This document shows, in pieces, positions 24,496 through 34,485 of a stretch of DNA of 64,000 nucleotides. Under the pieces are notes generated by a model, which searched no databases, was not told where the DNA came from, and saw only the letters and a program-made list of their open reading frames with translations. The stretch is from an uncultured Solirubrobacterales bacterium (GTDB lineage: Bacteria > Actinomycetota > Thermoleophilia > Solirubrobacterales > 70-9): contig CAVUGL010000004.1 in the NCBI GenBank assembly GCA_963740995.1, positions 297,306 to 361,305 on the forward strand, given 5' to 3'. The position numbers and the translations under genes are program-made. How positions within the stretch are numbered: position 1 is the stretch's first letter; each line of letters opens with the position of its first letter.

Positions 24496-25116
24496 ATGGA
24501 TCGAGGTCCACGAATGAGGCTCCCCAACAGCGCGCACACCTCTCGGCCCTGGCGTATTCACGATGTGGCCCCCGACTTTCGAGTGGAGGACGTGTGGGCG
24601 TTGCCCACTCCGGGCGGCCCCGACGACTTCCATCTGCTGGTCGAGAGATTCGCTGAGACGAACACCGCCGAGAGCTCCTCCGCCGCCGTCCGCTTCCTGT
24701 TCGCGCTCCGCTGGAAGCTCGGGGAGCTGTTCGGGTGGGACGCCCCGGAGGACGGCATCGACTCCCGGGTGCCGACCCTGCGGGACCGCCTGCCTGAGGA
24801 TCTGCGGGATGCGGACCCAGGTCCGAGGTCAACGGCGCTCCCTTTCAGCCCGCTCTACCTACTCCACGACGAGTACGCGGCCGAGATCGCCAACCGCACC
24901 ATGCACGGGGTGGCCCACCTCGGCTGGGTCCCGGACGGCTCCGGCGGCTACCGCGGTCAGATGGCCGTGCTGGTGAAGCCCAACGGCCTCAAGGGTCGGG
25001 CGTACATGGCCGCGATCAAGCCGTTCCGGCACCTGCTGGTCTACCCGCGGATGCTGCGGGACATCGAGCGGCGATGGCGGACGGCGCAGGGCGGCCCGAC
25101 GCCCGCCCACGCGTAG
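24496..25116 (+). CDS. DUF2867-like protein
   Basis: MDRGPRMRLPNSAHTSRPWRIHDVAPDFRVEDVWALPTPGGPDDF. The start was chosen downstream of the divergent TetR start; 24514 is also possible. Confidence 0.6.
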   Translation: MDRGPRMRLPNSAHTSRPWRIHDVAPDFRVEDVWALPTPGGPDDFHLLVERFAETNTAESSSAAVRFLFALRWKLGELFGWDAPEDGIDSRVPTLRDRLPEDLRDADPGPRSTALPFSPLYLLHDEYAAEIANRTMHGVAHLGWVPDGSGGYRGQMAVLVKPNGLKGRAYMAAIKPFRHLLVYPRMLRDIERRWRTAQGGPTPAHA

Positions 25117-25126
25117 CCGGCCGCGG

Positions 25127-26532
25127 CTAGGCGGCCGTCTTGGACGCCCCGGAGGCCTCGACCAGCTCGTCGACCTTGCAGAGCTTGACCCGCGGGCGGC
25201 CGTGCGGCTTGCCTGCTTCGACCTCGGCGGCGTCGATCGCCTGCCAGCCCTCGAAGGTGACGTGGTCGGGCCTGCGCTCGGAGAGCAGTGCCTCGATCGA
25301 GCCGCGGTCGCCGGCCAGCTCGGCCTCGGGGACCTTGCCGGCTTCCAAATCGGCGAAGAGGTTGTCGACGGTCTCCAGAGCGTCCTTCTTGTTGGTGCCG
25401 ATCACGCCGGAGGGGCCGCGCTTGATCCAGCCGACCGCGTACAGCCCCAGGGACCTGCTCGCCGCCGTCGGTGACGCGGCCGCCCTCGTTGGAGATCGTC
25501 CCGGCGCGCTCGTCGAAGGGAACGTCCCTCGATCGGGATCCCCTTGTAGCCGATCGAGCGCAGTACCAGGCCGCATTCGATGGTCTCCCGCTCGCCGGTG
25601 TCGACAGCTCGGATCCGTCCGCCGTCGTCACGCTGCAGCTCGTTTCTGCCCACCACGATCCTCTCCACTTTGCCGTCGCCCTGAATTTCGACGGGGGAGC
25701 GCAGGAAGCGCAGCACGATCCTCTGCGGCTTGCCCTCAGGGTCGCGCTGGGAGAAGCCGGTGAAGATCTCGACGTTCCGGCGGTTGGTCGGGTCGGCGTC
25801 GTCGGAGTCGAGCCACTCACGGCTCAGCTCGTCGAGCTCCATCTCGTCCGCGTCGATGTCGATGTCGGCGTTCGACATCTCGCCGAGCTCTCGGACCTCA
25901 GGGTTGGTGAACGCGGCCTGAGCCGGCCCGCGGCGACCGAGCACCAGGATCTCCTTGACGCTGCTCCCCGAGAAAGCCTCGATGGCGTGGTCTGCGGTGT
26001 CGGTCTCGCCGAGCTCATCAGGCGTCAGGGCGAGCATCCGAGCCACGTCGGCGGCGACGTTGCCGTTACCGATCACCACCACACGCTCAGAGGAGAGGTC
26101 GAACTCCCGGTCGGCGAAGTCGGGGTGGGCGTTGTACCAGTTGACGAACTCGGTGGCCGGATGGCTGCCGACCAGATCCTCGCCCGGAATGCCGAGCTGG
26201 CGGTCGGTGGCGGTTCCGTAGGCGAAGACGAGCGCGTGATAGCGCTCCCTGAGCTCGTCGACGGAGACGTCCTTGCCGACCTCGACGTTGCCGAAGAAGC
26301 GAAACTCGGGGCGGGCGGCCGTCTTCTCGTAGACGCGGATCACCGACTTGATCTTGGGATGGTCGGGCGCGACGCCGAAGCGGACGAGGCCGTAGGGCGT
26401 CGGCAACCGGTCGAACATGTCGACCTCCGCGTGTGTGCCCTCGTGCTTGAGCACGTGCTCGGCCGTGTAGAAGCCGGCCGGGCCCGAGCCGACGATGGCC
26501 ACGCGCAGCGGTTGTTCGGGGGTTCCGATCAC
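25127..26532 (-). pseudogene. fprA: ferredoxin-NADP+ reductase (FprA/adrenodoxin-reductase type), two frameshifts
   Basis: The N-terminal ORF 25402..26532 reads LRVAIVGSGPAGFYTAEH...LRSIGYKGIPIEG. The middle segment VPFDERAGTISNEGGRVTDGGEQVPG is in a third frame. The C-terminal ORF 25127..25576 reads LYAVGWIKRGPSGVIGTNKKDA. Confidence 0.8.
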
Positions 26533-26559
26533 AGCGAGCCGGAAAGGGTAGTGACTGGG

Positions 26560-27282
26560 TTAGGCGGGAGTGGGGGTCACCGCGGTGGCCGCGGTGCCGT
26601 CGAGCGCATCGAGTGCGCGCCCCAGCGACATCGCCACGCAGGTGAAGATCGGCGTGTCGCGGAGGGTGTAAGAGCTCGACTCCGTGCCGCGCAGTTCCTG
26701 CACGAGGTCGAGGAACTCAGCGGGCTCGTCGCCCTCGAATGAGACGACGAACTCCTGGTCGTCAAGGCCAAAGGAATAGGCGGTGTTGATCGAGATCTCC
26801 GGATAGCGGCGACCGACCTCAATGTGGTCGGTCATGATCCGCTTTCTCTCATCGAGGGGCAGGCCGTACCACTCCCGCTTCTTGTCGAACGGATAGACGA
26901 AGAGGTACTTGCGCTCCGAAATGCAGATCTCGGGGCGGGACTCGGATTCGGAGTAGGGCGATGGCTTGGTCATCGCCAGATAGGAATAGGGCGTGGAGGC
27001 CCAGCGGGCGAGGCCGCTCTGCCCGAGTACGACGTGGAAGGTGTGGATGTCCTCGAGGATCGGGCTCTGGCCGAGCAGCAGCAGGTCGGTGTCACCCCGG
27101 GTGCCGACGGTCGAATACGCTCGCAGCGAGCGGTCCTCCGCGAAGTCCTCGCAAGCCGCCAGGAACTCGGCCTTGTCCTGGGCCCGCTCGGAGGCACTGC
27201 GCCGGCGCCAGGCGGGGTCGAGCTTGAAGAACGTGAACTTGACGAACGTCCGGTCGGCCACCAAGCGAAGGTTAGTGGCCAC
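26560..27282 (-). CDS. hemQ: chlorite-dismutase-family coproheme decarboxylase (HemQ/ChdC)
   Basis: 240 aa: FTFFKLDPAWRR...YLFVYPFDKKREWYGLPLDERKRIMTDHIEVGRRY. GTG start. Confidence 0.85.
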   Translation of the reverse strand: MATNLRLVADRTFVKFTFFKLDPAWRRRSASERAQDKAEFLAACEDFAEDRSLRAYSTVGTRGDTDLLLLGQSPILEDIHTFHVVLGQSGLARWASTPYSYLAMTKPSPYSESESRPEICISERKYLFVYPFDKKREWYGLPLDERKRIMTDHIEVGRRYPEISINTAYSFGLDDQEFVVSFEGDEPAEFLDLVQELRGTESSSYTLRDTPIFTCVAMSLGRALDALDGTAATAVTPTPA

Positions 27283-29157
27283 CGTCGTGGCGGCAGGGCG
27301 CGTCGTGTGCGGGCTGGCGGCGCAAGCCCACGCTCAAACCGTGACCGTCGCGGTCTTGCCGCCGGATACCACGATCGAGGAGCTCGCCGCGGTCCCGCAC
27401 ATGTCCGTAGGAGTGATGAGCGCCGGAATCGGCAAGGTCCCGGAAGAGCAGACCTACCTCGACATCTCCCAGGGGAACCGGATCGACGACGTCGCTGTAC
27501 GACCGTGCGCTGCCGCCGCTTCCGAACTTCGACGCCCACGTCCCCAACTGGGCGAAGATCGTCGGGAGGGCCGACAGCGCGCCGGCCGAGATCGTCCCCG
27601 GGCTGCTTGCGTCGACCTGCTTTCCGCCCGGGATCCGGTCCGAGGCGGCGCCCGCCGCGGAATCCGCCGCAATGGTGGTGGCACGGCGCGATGGTGTCAG
27701 TAGGTCGAGCGGTCTGGTGCGAGTTGAGCGTGTTCTCGGCTGGGGTCGGGGTCGTGCGAAAGCAGGCGACCGGTCTGCGCGCCGACGGCCTTCTGATCGC
27801 GTTCGCGCAGCCGACTGCAGGCGAGCAGACCGTGCCGATCGGCATCGCCGGTGCAGGCTTCGGCGGGGACCTCACCTCGGATTCGACGCGCACCGACGGC
27901 TACGTCCTCTCCACGGACGTCGCACCGACGATCCTGCGGCGATTCGGACTGCCGATCCCAGGCGAGATGAACGGCGAGCCGATCAGATCCGATAGGACGG
28001 ATGATCCGGCCGCAGTCGAGGACCTCGCCGGGCGCCTGGAAGCCATTCCCGAGCGACGCACGCCGGTCGTGATCCTCTCCTTGGTCGCGTGGATCGCCGC
28101 GGCGGCGATCGCCGGTCTGACCGGGCGGGACCTGCGGAGAGCTGCCCTAGCCTGGTTGGCCCTCGCCTTCGCCTACATGCCCCTGCTGCTGCTCGCCGGA
28201 GCCGCCATCGAGCCGAGCGGACCGGTGGAGGGCCTGCTCGTCGGCTTCGGGGCGGCGGTGCTGGCCGCCCTGACCCTCTGGCTGGTTCGCGGCTGGTGGG
28301 CCCTGACCATCGCCTGCGCGACCACGGTGACGGCGTATGGGATCGATGTCATCGCCGGCTCAGCGCTGACCAAGCTCTCCCTCCTCGGTCCGAATCCGAT
28401 CTTCGGCGTCCGCTTCTACGGGATCGGCAACGAGCTCGAGGCGCTGTTCGCTGTGATGGTTCCCGTCGCCGCCGGGGCTGGCCTCAGCGCTTACGGCGGC
28501 TGTGGGAAAGGGGGTGACCCGGAGGGGGGCGATTGGTGCCTTCCTCTCCGCCGCCGTGGTTGCCTCCATCGTCTTTGGGGCGGGGCGCTTCGGGGCCGAC
28601 GTGGGTGCGGCGATCGTGCTGCCCGTGGGCGCGGCGGTCGCCGCCGCCTCGCTGCTGCGAGCGAATCTCGAAGCTTTTGCGCAGCCTGGTACCCAAGACC
28701 CTTCGAAACTCACAACGGGTCGGCGGCGCGGCAGGTCGCGGCCTTGATCGCCACCCCTTTCCTTGCTCTGGTCTTCCTTGCCGTGATTGACCTCGTTTCG
28801 GGCGGCAACGCTCACCTGACGCGTTCGGTGCTCGACGCAGGCGGAGCGGGCGACCTGGCCGACGTCGCGCAGCGCCGATTTGAGCTCTCCTCGCACGACT
28901 TCACCCAGGCGGCAACCAACCCCCTCTTCTGGATCGTGATCGCCGGTGTTGCCCTTGCGGGGTCGCAGTGGCGCCGGATCGACGCCTGGCTGCGGCCAGT
29001 TCCATTCGTGCGTGCAGGCCTGATCGGCGCCTGCGTGGCGGTGGCAGTGGGTGTGCTCGTGAACGACTCCGGGGCCACCTTCCTGACGCTTGGGGTCCTC
29101 GCCCTGGGCGCCGCTCTGGCCTTCGCCTGGGCACGGGCTCCAGGCACGAATCCGTAG
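27275..29157 (+). pseudogene. membrane protein with alkaline-phosphatase/sulfatase-like N-domain and multi-TM C-domain, several frameshifts
   Basis: GTG 27275 gives a signal-like VATVVAAGRVVCGLAAQAHAQTV. Later pieces sit in at least 3 frames: DSTRTDGYVLSTDVAPTILRRFGLPIPGEMNGEPI, VTRRGAIGAFLSAAVVASIVFGAG, LIATPFLALVFLAVIDLVSGGN. Confidence 0.55.
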
Positions 29158-29250
29158 TGGCCCGCGTAATGCACGAAGCCCAGCCGGGTAGTTCAACGAG
29201 GTGTGACTTCCGCCACTAATCACAACCAGCAGGCGCGGTACCCTGACCTT

Positions 29251-31578
29251 ATGCGCATCGCGCTGGTTTCGCCCTATTCCTGGACCTATCAGGGAGGGGT
29301 GAACAGGCACGTTGAGGCGCTCGCGGAGCAGTTCATCGCCCGAGGAGACCACGTTCGCGTCTTGGCCCCCTGGGATCCGCCGGACGCCATCAGTCGTCGC
29401 CTGCACCGCTCCCATCCCGAACTGCGGGAGGCGCCCGACTATCTGGTCCCGCTGGGCCGGACCGTCGGCGTCGGTGCCAACGGCGCCGTCTCCAACCTCT
29501 CGGTCTTCCCCGAGGGCCCCATCTCTCTCCGCCGCGCGCTCAACGCCGGCAACTACGACGTCATCCACGTGCACGAGCCCCTGGCGCCGATGGTCGGCTG
29601 GGACGCCATGGTCTTCCGGGGCGCGCCGGTGGTCGGCACCTTCCACGCCTACTCGACCAAGGCCTTCCCGAATCACCTGGCCACCGTGCTCGGGGCGCGC
29701 CGCCGCTTCAACCAGCTCTCCGCGCGCATCGCCGTCTCCGAGGCCGCAGCCTGGACGGGGCGGCGCTGGTTCGGCGGCGAGTACACGATCGTCCCCAACG
29801 GCGTCGACATCGAGGCTGCCCCACAGGGGCCGAAGGCCCCGAGCGAGGAGCTCCGCCTCCTCTTCGTGGGTCGCGCCGAGGAGCGCAAGGGGCTTCCCGT
29901 GCTGCTCGCGGCGTTCGAGGCGTTGGTCGAGCACGTCCCCTCCCGCCTGACCATCGTCGGCGCGGATCCCGAGGAGATCTCCCGGCGCGTAGCCGATCCG
30001 GACGTGATGTCCCACATCGACGTGTTGGGGAAGGTCTCGGACTCGATCCTCTGGCGCCAGCTTGGCGAGGCCGACCTGCTCTGCGCGCCCTCGCTCGCCG
30101 GTGAGAGCTTCGGCATGGTCCTGATCGAGGCGATGGCCGCGGGCACTCCGGTGATCGCGTCGGCGATCGCGGGTTACAGCGACGTCGTCACCAACGGCAG
30201 CGATGGGATTCTCGTCCCGCCCGCCGATCCGCAGGCCCTTGCGGAAGAGCTCCAACTTCTTGCGCACGAACCCGAGCGGCTGGTGGCGATGGGTGAGGCC
30301 GGCCGCCGCAGCGCCAAGCGCTACGCCTGGCCGCATATCGCCGACGAGGTCACCGAGCTCTACGAGCGCGCGATCGAGCCCGTCCCGTCGCCGCTCATGC
30401 CCGTTGAGGGCGTGGCGCGACGAACCGGGATCGTCCCCCTCGACGGCGGGCCGAGGCGGCCGGCGCAACGGCTGCCCTCCCTCGAGCCCACTCCTCTCGA
30501 TGGCCGCAGTCTGGGCCGGCGAGCGGCCCGCAAGATCGGCGTTGCGGTCGCCGGCGTTCTCGGCCTCGGCCTGACTGCACTCGCCGCGCGGCGCATCGGC
30601 GTCGACCAGGTCGCCTCCAACATCATCGACTCGGACCTCAAATGGGTCCTGATCGCCTGCGCCCTGATGGTCGCCGCGATGTTTGCGCGCGCGGCCTCCT
30701 GGATCGCGATCACCCGTGCCGCTCTCCCCCGGTACCACGTGCGTCGCCGGGACGTCACCTCGGCAACGATGATCGGCGTCCTCATGTCCGCGACCCTGCC
30801 CGCCCGACTCGGCGAGCCGGCCAGGGCGATGGTCCTCTCCCGGCACATCGGCCGGATGCGGGAGACCTTCCCGGTCCTGATCGGCACGCTGGTCTCGCAG
30901 ACCGCCCTGAACATCCTCGCCCTGGCCCTGCTCGGCGGCATCATCGTCTCCACCACCGACCTCTTCCAGGCGAGCACCCAGAAGCTCTTCCTCGTCTCGA
31001 CCGCCCCGCTGCTCGTCCTGCTGGCGGTGCTCATGGCGCCCTCGCTGGTCAAGGTGAACGGTCAGGGCCGAATCGCCCGCGCGATCAAGGCCGTCCGCGG
31101 CGCCCTGCAGCAGGCGCGCCGGGGCCTGACCGTCTTCCGTGACCCCCGCAAGGGCTCCTTCGCCGCCGGGGCCCAGCTCCTCGCCTGGTTCCTGCAGCTG
31201 CTGGCCTGCTGGGCGCTGTTCGCGGCGCTCGGCCTCGATCACAAGGTCGCGATCGGCGCCGCCGCGGCCTGTCTGTTCGCCGTCAACGTCACCGCGGTCG
31301 TGCCGGCCACCCCATCGAACATCGGGATCTTCCAGCTGGCGATCATCAGCGTCCTCAACAAGGGCTTCGGCGTGCCGGCGGCCGACGCCCTCGCCTACGG
31401 CGTGATCCTGCAGGCGGTTGAGATCGCCACCGCCGTGGCCCTCGGCGTCCCCGCCCTGGTGCGGGAGGGAGTGAGCTGGTCCGACATGCGTGTCCGCGCG
31501 ATGGCCGCTGCGCCGGTCGAGCTTCCCGAGCGCCCGCGCGCCCGCCGAGACCGGGAAGCCGACCGGATTTCCGCCTAG
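29251..31578 (+). CDS. fusion protein: GT4 glycosyltransferase (PimA-like) + UPF0104/lysyl-PG-synthase-like multi-TM domain
   Basis: The ATG at 29251 gives MRIALVSPYSWTYQGGVNRHVEALAEQF, with GESFGMVLIEAMAAGTPVIAS (GT4 E-x7-E region). From about residue 430 there are at least 6 TM helices. Confidence 0.75.
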   Translation: MRIALVSPYSWTYQGGVNRHVEALAEQFIARGDHVRVLAPWDPPDAISRRLHRSHPELREAPDYLVPLGRTVGVGANGAVSNLSVFPEGPISLRRALNAGNYDVIHVHEPLAPMVGWDAMVFRGAPVVGTFHAYSTKAFPNHLATVLGARRRFNQLSARIAVSEAAAWTGRRWFGGEYTIVPNGVDIEAAPQGPKAPSEELRLLFVGRAEERKGLPVLLAAFEALVEHVPSRLTIVGADPEEISRRVADPDVMSHIDVLGKVSDSILWRQLGEADLLCAPSLAGESFGMVLIEAMAAGTPVIASAIAGYSDVVTNGSDGILVPPADPQALAEELQLLAHEPERLVAMGEAGRRSAKRYAWPHIADEVTELYERAIEPVPSPLMPVEGVARRTGIVPLDGGPRRPAQRLPSLEPTPLDGRSLGRRAARKIGVAVAGVLGLGLTALAARRIGVDQVASNIIDSDLKWVLIACALMVAAMFARAASWIAITRAALPRYHVRRRDVTSATMIGVLMSATLPARLGEPARAMVLSRHIGRMRETFPVLIGTLVSQTALNILALALLGGIIVSTTDLFQASTQKLFLVSTAPLLVLLAVLMAPSLVKVNGQGRIARAIKAVRGALQQARRGLTVFRDPRKGSFAAGAQLLAWFLQLLACWALFAALGLDHKVAIGAAAACLFAVNVTAVVPATPSNIGIFQLAIISVLNKGFGVPAADALAYGVILQAVEIATAVALGVPALVREGVSWSDMRVRAMAAAPVELPERPRARRDREADRISA

Positions 31579-31623
31579 CGCGGCCCGCGGACCGCATCGC
31601 CGCTTTCGTTAGCCTGATCAGGG

Positions 31624-33990
31624 ATGGCGCTCTCCAACATTTCCGGCTTCCCGCGCATCGGCCGCAATCGCGAGCTCAAGTTCGCGACCGAGGGCTACTG
31701 GCGCGGTCAGACCTCGGCCGATGAGCTCGCCGCCACGGCGAAGGCGATCCGGGTCGAGAACTGGAAGCTGATGCAGGACGCGGGGATCGACCTGATTCCC
31801 TCCAACGACTTCTCCTATTACGACCAAGTGCTCGACACGATCGCCCTGGTGGGAGCCGTCCCCGAGCGCTACGGCTGGGACGGCGGCCAGGTCGATCTAG
31901 ACACGTACTTCGCGATGGCCCGCGGCCGGCAGACCGACGAGCTCGACGTGACGGCGATGGAGATGACCAAGTGGTTCGACACGAACTACCACTACCTCGT
32001 TCCCGAGCTCGGTCCGAACACGCGGTTCTCTCTGTCCAGCTCCAAGCCGTTCGATGAGCACTCAGAGGCGATGGAGGAGCTCGGTATCGACACGATCCCG
32101 GTGCTGATCGGGCCCGTCAGCTTCCTGCTGCTCTCCAAGCCGGCCGACGGAGCCCCCGAGCGCTTCGACCCACTCGACCTGGTCGAGCCGCTGGTGGAGG
32201 TGTACGGCGAGGTGATCGAGAAGCTCGCCGAGCAGGGCGCGACCTGGGTGCAGCTCGACGAGCCCTGCTTCGTCGAGGACCGCAGCGAGCGGGAGCTCGA
32301 CGCCCTACGGCTCGCCTACGAGGAGCTCGGCAAGGTTCACGAGCGGCCGCGCATCCTCGTCAAGACCTACTTCGACCACGTCGGCGACGCCTTCAGCGTC
32401 CTACGGGAGGCGCCGATCGACGGGGTGGGTCTCGACTTCACCGGGGTCGTGCACGGAGACGTGCTCAGCGAGGACGTCCACGTGCACGGCGGGCGACACA
32501 ATGCGGAGTTCCTGGCCGAGGACGACCTCGGTGAGAAGTGGCTGTTCGCAGGCTTCGTCGACGGGCGCAACGTCTGGATCAACCACCTGGAGCATTCGCT
32601 CGATGCACTCGAGGGCCTCGCCTCCCGCACCAAGCAGCTGGTGGTCTCGACGAGCTGCTCTCTGCTGCATTCACCGATCGACCTGGACGCCGAGCCCGCC
32701 GGCGGGGACGCCGACCTCGACGACGAGATGCGCTCCTGGATGGCGTTCGCTGTCCAGAAGGTGGGCGAGGTGGCGACACTCGCCAAGGGCCTCGCCGACG
32801 GCCGCGACGCGATCGCGGACGAGCTCGACGCCAATGACCGCGCCCGGGACTCGCGCCGGGACTCTCACCGGACCCGTACGCCGGAGGTTCGCGCCCGCGT
32901 TGAGGCCCTGACCGACGCTGATGCGCGCCGCGACTCCGAGTTTCCCCAGCGCAAGGAGGCCCAGCGGGCGCGGTTCGGGTTGCCGATGTTCCCGTCAACG
33001 ACGATCGGCTCCTATCCGCAGACCGACGAGATTCGTACCGCTCGCAAGCAGCTGCGGGAGGGCGAGATCCAGCTCGCCACCTACGAGGAGCGGATGCGCG
33101 GCGAGATCGACCGGGTGATCGACTTTCAGGAGGAGATCGGCCTCGACGTGCTGGTGCACGGCGAGCCCGAGCGCAACGACATGGTCCAGTACTTCGGCGA
33201 GCAGATGCTCGGCTACGTCTTCACCCAGAACGCCTGGGTGCAGTCATACGGCTCTCGCTACGTTCGCCCGCCGATCATCTTCGGCGACGTCAGCCGGCCC
33301 GTGCCGATGACGGTCGAGTGGATCAACTACGCGCAGTCGAAGACGCAGAAGCCCGTAAAGGGGATGCTCACCGGCCCGGTCACCATGCTGCAGTGGTCGT
33401 TCGTCCGCGATGACCAGCCGCTCTCCGTGACCTGCGAGCAGCTCGCGCTTGCGATCCGCGACGAGGTCGAGGACCTCGAGAAGTCGGGCGTAGGGATCAT
33501 CCAGGTCGATGAGCCCGCGATCCGCGAGGGATTGCCGCTGCGCCGCGACCGCTGGGACGAGTACCTGCAATGGGCCGTCTACTCCTTCCGGGTCGCCACC
33601 TCGGTCGTCCGCGACGAGACCCAGATCCAGACCCATATGTGTTACTCGGACTTCGGCGACATCATGGAGCACATCCAGGCGATGGACGCCGACGTCAACC
33701 TGATCGAGGCGGCCCGCTCCCGTATGGAGCTCCTGCACGACTGGGAGAAGACGGGCTACACCAACGACATCGGCCCCGGCGTCTACGACATCCACTCGCC
33801 TCGGGTGCCGACGGTGGAGGAGATGGTCGAGTTGCTCCATGAGGCGGCGCGCGTGCTGCGTCCGGAGCAGATCTGGGTCAACCCCGATTGCGGCCTCAAG
33901 ACCCGTGCCTGGCCCGAGACGGAGGAGAGCCTCCGCAACATGGTCCAGGCCGCCAAGCAGCTGCGCGAAGAGCTCGTCCCGGCCTCCTAG
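31624..33990 (+). CDS. metE: cobalamin-independent methionine synthase
   Basis: 788 aa: GFPRIGRNRELKFATEGYW, TTIGSYPQT, HMCYSDF, WVNPDCGLKTR. Confidence 0.93.
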   Translation: MALSNISGFPRIGRNRELKFATEGYWRGQTSADELAATAKAIRVENWKLMQDAGIDLIPSNDFSYYDQVLDTIALVGAVPERYGWDGGQVDLDTYFAMARGRQTDELDVTAMEMTKWFDTNYHYLVPELGPNTRFSLSSSKPFDEHSEAMEELGIDTIPVLIGPVSFLLLSKPADGAPERFDPLDLVEPLVEVYGEVIEKLAEQGATWVQLDEPCFVEDRSERELDALRLAYEELGKVHERPRILVKTYFDHVGDAFSVLREAPIDGVGLDFTGVVHGDVLSEDVHVHGGRHNAEFLAEDDLGEKWLFAGFVDGRNVWINHLEHSLDALEGLASRTKQLVVSTSCSLLHSPIDLDAEPAGGDADLDDEMRSWMAFAVQKVGEVATLAKGLADGRDAIADELDANDRARDSRRDSHRTRTPEVRARVEALTDADARRDSEFPQRKEAQRARFGLPMFPSTTIGSYPQTDEIRTARKQLREGEIQLATYEERMRGEIDRVIDFQEEIGLDVLVHGEPERNDMVQYFGEQMLGYVFTQNAWVQSYGSRYVRPPIIFGDVSRPVPMTVEWINYAQSKTQKPVKGMLTGPVTMLQWSFVRDDQPLSVTCEQLALAIRDEVEDLEKSGVGIIQVDEPAIREGLPLRRDRWDEYLQWAVYSFRVATSVVRDETQIQTHMCYSDFGDIMEHIQAMDADVNLIEAARSRMELLHDWEKTGYTNDIGPGVYDIHSPRVPTVEEMVELLHEAARVLRPEQIWVNPDCGLKTRAWPETEESLRNMVQAAKQLREELVPAS

Positions 33991-34119
33991 AGCGCGTCTC
34001 GCCGCGCCGCGGGGATCGGCAAATTGCGCGGCTTTCGGAAGCAGTTAACGAGGGTTTAGCGCCGTGTTACGGGTCGCTCGCACACTTGTCTTTCCCAGCG
34101 AACGAACAGAGGGGACGAC

Positions 34120-34428
34120 ATGGAAGCGAACAGAGTGCAGGGACTACAGGTCGGCGGGCGCGAGCCGAAGGCGCTTCTGATGAGCGACGGGACCCGGTTG
34201 GCCCTCGAGGACGAGGGTCCCGGAGGCCGGGCCGATTGGATGCTGCTGGCCGACGACGGCGATCGGGAGCTCTCGGTCGCGGAAGCGATCCGGATCGCCG
34301 GAGACCGGCATGCCGAATACGTCAGGATCAGAACGCGATCGGAAGTCGCCTGGCTGCGGCTGGTCTCGGAATGGTTCGAGCACGAGGCGCGGAGGCTGGA
34401 CAGTGATCTCAGGACGGCTTCGCCATAA
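34120..34428 (+). CDS. hypothetical protein
   Basis: 102 aa. SD-like agaggggacgac upstream. No recognisable family. Confidence 0.35.
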   Translation: MEANRVQGLQVGGREPKALLMSDGTRLALEDEGPGGRADWMLLADDGDRELSVAEAIRIAGDRHAEYVRIRTRSEVAWLRLVSEWFEHEARRLDSDLRTASP

Positions 34429-34483
34429 GGTCGCGGCCACGAGCGGCCGCCCAGCACAAGTCGCTACGGCCTTCGGCCTTCGC
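34416..34483. repeat. intergenic repeat element, copy 1 (core TCGCGGCCACGAGCGGCCGCCC)
   Basis: Lies between convergent genes. Close copy at 58471..58533. Contains the hairpins GCGGCC-ACGAGC-GGCCGC and GGCC-TTC-GGCC. Confidence 0.7.
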
Positions 34484-34485
34484 TC

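Noticed and set aside
31579-31623. Expected cobalamin or SAM riboswitch upstream of metE.
   Set aside because: The intergenic gap is only 45 nt and shows no riboswitch-like conserved core.
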